This document shows, in pieces, positions 61,491 to 64,000 of a DNA stretch of 64,000 nt. The stretch is from Myxococcota bacterium (GTDB lineage Bacteria; Myxococcota_A; UBA9160; JAFDDA01): assembly GCA_965228475.1 (NCBI GenBank), contig OZ245817.1, positions 1,504,001-1,568,000 on the forward strand, given 5' to 3'. The position numbers and the translations under genes are program-made. Positions within the stretch are counted from its first letter, which is position 1. Every line of letters begins with the position of its first letter. The notes under the pieces are model-generated. The model had not been told where the DNA came from, did not search any database, and was given only the letters and a program-made list of their open reading frames with translations.

Positions 61491-61918
61491 CGGGGCCCGG
61501 TGAGCCCGAGGATGAGCTCCCGGACCTTCGGGAGCACCGCCGCGAAGACCAGCCAGAACGGGGCGTAGAGCAGGGTGATGTGGCCGTTCGAGAAGTCGCT
61601 GGCCCAGCCGTGCTCGTAGCGCCAGGGCCAGAGTCCGGCCGTCGCGTAGGCGGCGCCGAAGGCCCACTCGATCGCGTAGATCGCGACCACCGTGAGGGGG
61701 AGCCGCACCGCGGCGCCGTCGAACCCCAGGCGCTTCAGCAGGGCGAGCCCCGGCCCGAGAACCGCCCAGGCGAGGGCGTAGACCGGGATCATCAGGAGCG
61801 AGACCTCGCCGCGGAAGTTCCCGCCGAAGCCCGCCGAGACGCCGGTGAAGACGATTTCGGTGCAGAGCCCGAAGGCGATGAAGAGGACCGTTCGCGTGAG
61901 GGCCGTGCCGGGCTTCAA
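61487..61918 (-). CDS. Small integral membrane protein (DUF1113-like)
   Basis: EIVFT...PWRY...[11 protein letters not shown]. Confidence 0.6.
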   Translation of the reverse strand: MKPGTALTRTVLFIAFGLCTEIVFTGVSAGFGGNFRGEVSLLMIPVYALAWAVLGPGLALLKRLGFDGAAVRLPLTVVAIYAIEWAFGAAYATAGLWPWRYEHGWASDFSNGHITLLYAPFWLVFAAVLPKVRELILGLTGPR

Positions 61919-62367
61919 AGGGGCTCCTTGCCGGGCTGGGTCGCATGGCCCGCCAGGTGGGCGACGTACTCGCTCGGGAGGGCGGCGTCGCGGGCGCCGC
62001 GCAGGATGTGCTCGAGGTACCAATCGTAGGGCAGGGCGCCCTCGAGCAACCGACGGGAGACGTAGGTCTCCGCCCGGACGCGGCCGTCGGCCCGCTCGAC
62101 CGTGACGGCCTCGCGTTCATAGCCGCCTTCGTAGCGGTCGAGCTCCCCGACCTCCGCGAGCGAGAGTTCCCAGAGCACGCCGAAGACCTCGCCCGTGGGG
62201 TCCGGCGCGAGGTTCGCCTTGGCGGAGCCGTCGCGGCCGCGCTTGTCCATCCGGAACGCGTAGCCGGGCAGGCGGCCCGTTCCGCGCACCGCCGCTCCGG
62301 GCACGCGCAGCCGCATGCGCTCCGCGTGCATGTTCGAGCCGTAAGCGAAGATCAGGGTTCGGGACAT
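61915..62367 (-). CDS. Gamma-glutamylcyclotransferase family protein
   Basis: FAYGSNM, LDRYEG. Confidence 0.88.
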   Translation of the reverse strand: MSRTLIFAYGSNMHAERMRLRVPGAAVRGTGRLPGYAFRMDKRGRDGSAKANLAPDPTGEVFGVLWELSLAEVGELDRYEGGYEREAVTVERADGRVRAETYVSRRLLEGALPYDWYLEHILRGARDAALPSEYVAHLAGHATQPGKEPL

Positions 62368-62448
62368 CGGATCGTGCGCGAGGGTACCCGCCCGCGCAGG
62401 CCGATGCGCCCCTACAGCGCCCGCGCGGCTTCGCCGATTTCACCCGGG

Positions 62449-63389
62449 ATGTGGCTCGACCTCGCAGCCCTCGGGATCCTGCTCGCCGCCGCCTTCGTGG
62501 GGATGGTGCGGGGCACCCTCGTCTCGACGGTCCGGCTGGCCGGTGCGGTCGGGTCCTACGTCGGCGCGTGGTGGCTCGCGCCGCGGGTCGCCCCGTGGGT
62601 CGAGGCGCAGTTCCAGGTCGGGGGGACCTTCTCCGTCGTCGCCGGCGGGTTCGCCTCCTTCGTCGTGCTCCTCATCGGGGTCGAGGGGCTGAGTCAGCTC
62701 GTCCGGATCCTGGACCACCGCTGGCGGGACGGCGCGGAGCGGAGCCTGGCCGACCGCCTCGGCGGCGCGGGCGCCTCCCTCGTCGCCGGTTTCGCCTTCG
62801 CCGTTCTCGTGGCCTGGCTCGCCTTTGCCGTGGATGCCCTGCGCGCCAGGGCAACGAAGCCCTGCCCTCGACCGAAGGCTCCCGCTTCGCGCCGGTGGCC
62901 CGCACCGTGATCCGAGGGTTCGGGGAGTGGATGCTCGGCGATCGCGGGCCGAGCGGGACCGCCGTGGCCCGGGCCGCGAGCGACCCCGTCGAAACCATGG
63001 AGCGCGTCGAGCGGCTCTTCGCGAACCCGCACCTCGTCGATCTGAAGGACGACGACCGGTTCTGGATGCGCGTCGAGGCCGGCGAGTACGAGCACGCCGT
63101 CAGCCGCGCGAGCTTCCTGGCCCTCGCCTACGACGGCTCGACCCGCCGCGAGTTCGCCGCGCTCGGGCTCGTCGACGAAGAGGCCGCCCGGAGCTCCGCC
63201 GCCTTCCGCGACGCTTCGGTCGAGGCCCTGGCCGCCGTCGCGCCGCGTCTCCAGGCGATCCGAGAGGATCCGGCGCTCGCGCGCCTCGCCGAGGATCCCG
63301 AAGTCCGCACCCTCGTCGACTCCGGCGACACCCTGGCCCTGCTGCGCCACCCCGACGTCCGCGACCTCCTCTCCCGCGCCCTGCACTGA
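62449..63389 (+). pseudogene. CvpA family protein with a -1 frameshift near 62847 (real or sequencing error)
   Basis: CvpA-like TM domain (…ADRLGGA…) to DALRA, then plausible coding continues in another frame as QGNEALPS... Confidence 0.7.
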
Positions 63390-63403
63390 CCGGGGAGGCG
63401 GTC

Positions 63404-64000
63404 CTAACGCCCCTCGGGTTTCAGCGCCGAGTTCGCGCGGAGGTGGCGGACCGCGTCCGCGTAGTCCTGGCGCTCGCGCTCGAGGTAGTCGCCGACGGCT
63501 CCGGCGAGGCGGGGGTCCGCGAGCCAGTGGGCCGAGAGGGTGGGCGTCGCGTCGAAGCCTCGCAGCTGCTTGTAGTCGCCCCCGGCGCCAGGCTCGAAGC
63601 GGCCGATGCCCGCCTCGATGCAGTGCCGGATCGCCTCGTAGTAGCAGACGGTGAAGTGCAGGTAGCGGACGTCGCGCAGGCAGCCCCAGTAGCGGCCGTA
63701 GAGGGCATCCCCCTCCTGCACGTTCAGCGTGCCGGCGATCGGTTCGTCGCCCGCGAGGGCGACCACGAAGCACAGGCGATCGCGGAAGCGCGCCCGCAGG
63801 GCGTCGAAGAACTCGCGGTTCAGGTAGCGCCGCCCGTAGTAGTGGCGGTCGACGTTCGTCCGGTAGAACTCGAACATCACGTCGAACCAGGCCTCCGGGA
63901 TGGCGTCGCCCACGGCCGTCTCCACCCGCACGCCGGCCTCCGCGACGCCGCGCAGCTCGCGCCGGATCTGGTTGCGCCGCTTGCTGCGGAAGCGCGCGAG
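63404..64000 (-). CDS. FemAB-like GNAT (DUF482) protein, 3' part
   Basis: LYGRYWG, LHF..CYY, FEPGAGG. Confidence 0.85.
   Translation of the reverse strand, partial: LARFRSKRRNQIRRELRGVAEAGVRVETAVGDAIPEAWFDVMFEFYRTNVDRHYYGRRYLNREFFDALRARFRDRLCFVVALAGDEPIAGTLNVQEGDALYGRYWGCLRDVRYLHFTVCYYEAIRHCIEAGIGRFEPGAGGDYKQLRGFDATPTLSAHWLADPRLAGAVGDYLERERQDYADAVRHLRANSALKPEGR

Overview
High-GC bacterial chromosomal window, densely coding; the gene content suggests Myxococcota or a related lineage (inference). I see no rRNA, tRNA, CRISPR array or mobile element. The first ~17.6 kb is a low-oxygen/NO respiration island. It carries cNOR (norCB, with a di-haem NorC), USP, CBS and hemerythrin-like proteins, a globin-coupled histidine kinase, an NtrC-type sigma-54 activator, a complete cbb3 oxidase operon (ccoNOQPGHIS) and an outer-membrane barrel. 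Eight sigma-54 -24/-12 promoters and a recurring candidate enhancer dyad are readable in its intergenic DNA. Embedded in it is the best candidate for an undescribed system: a three-gene operon of two paralogous ferritin-like di-iron proteins plus a CxxC...CxxC small protein, behind a consensus sigma-54 promoter and divergent from the globin sensor. A second unusual locus (24.5-30 kb) has two divergent Ig+BPI/LBP(TULIP)-like exported proteins around an AT-rich IHF-site spacer, followed by a single ORF with two complete PEP-CTERM units. The rest is lipid/steroid-type catabolism (P450, LLM, MBL, esterase, DUF35-thiolase-CaiB), envelope and housekeeping genes (glnS, hspQ, lipA, frmA) and a frameshifted cvpA-family gene. 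Family calls come from motifs read by eye, not database searches.
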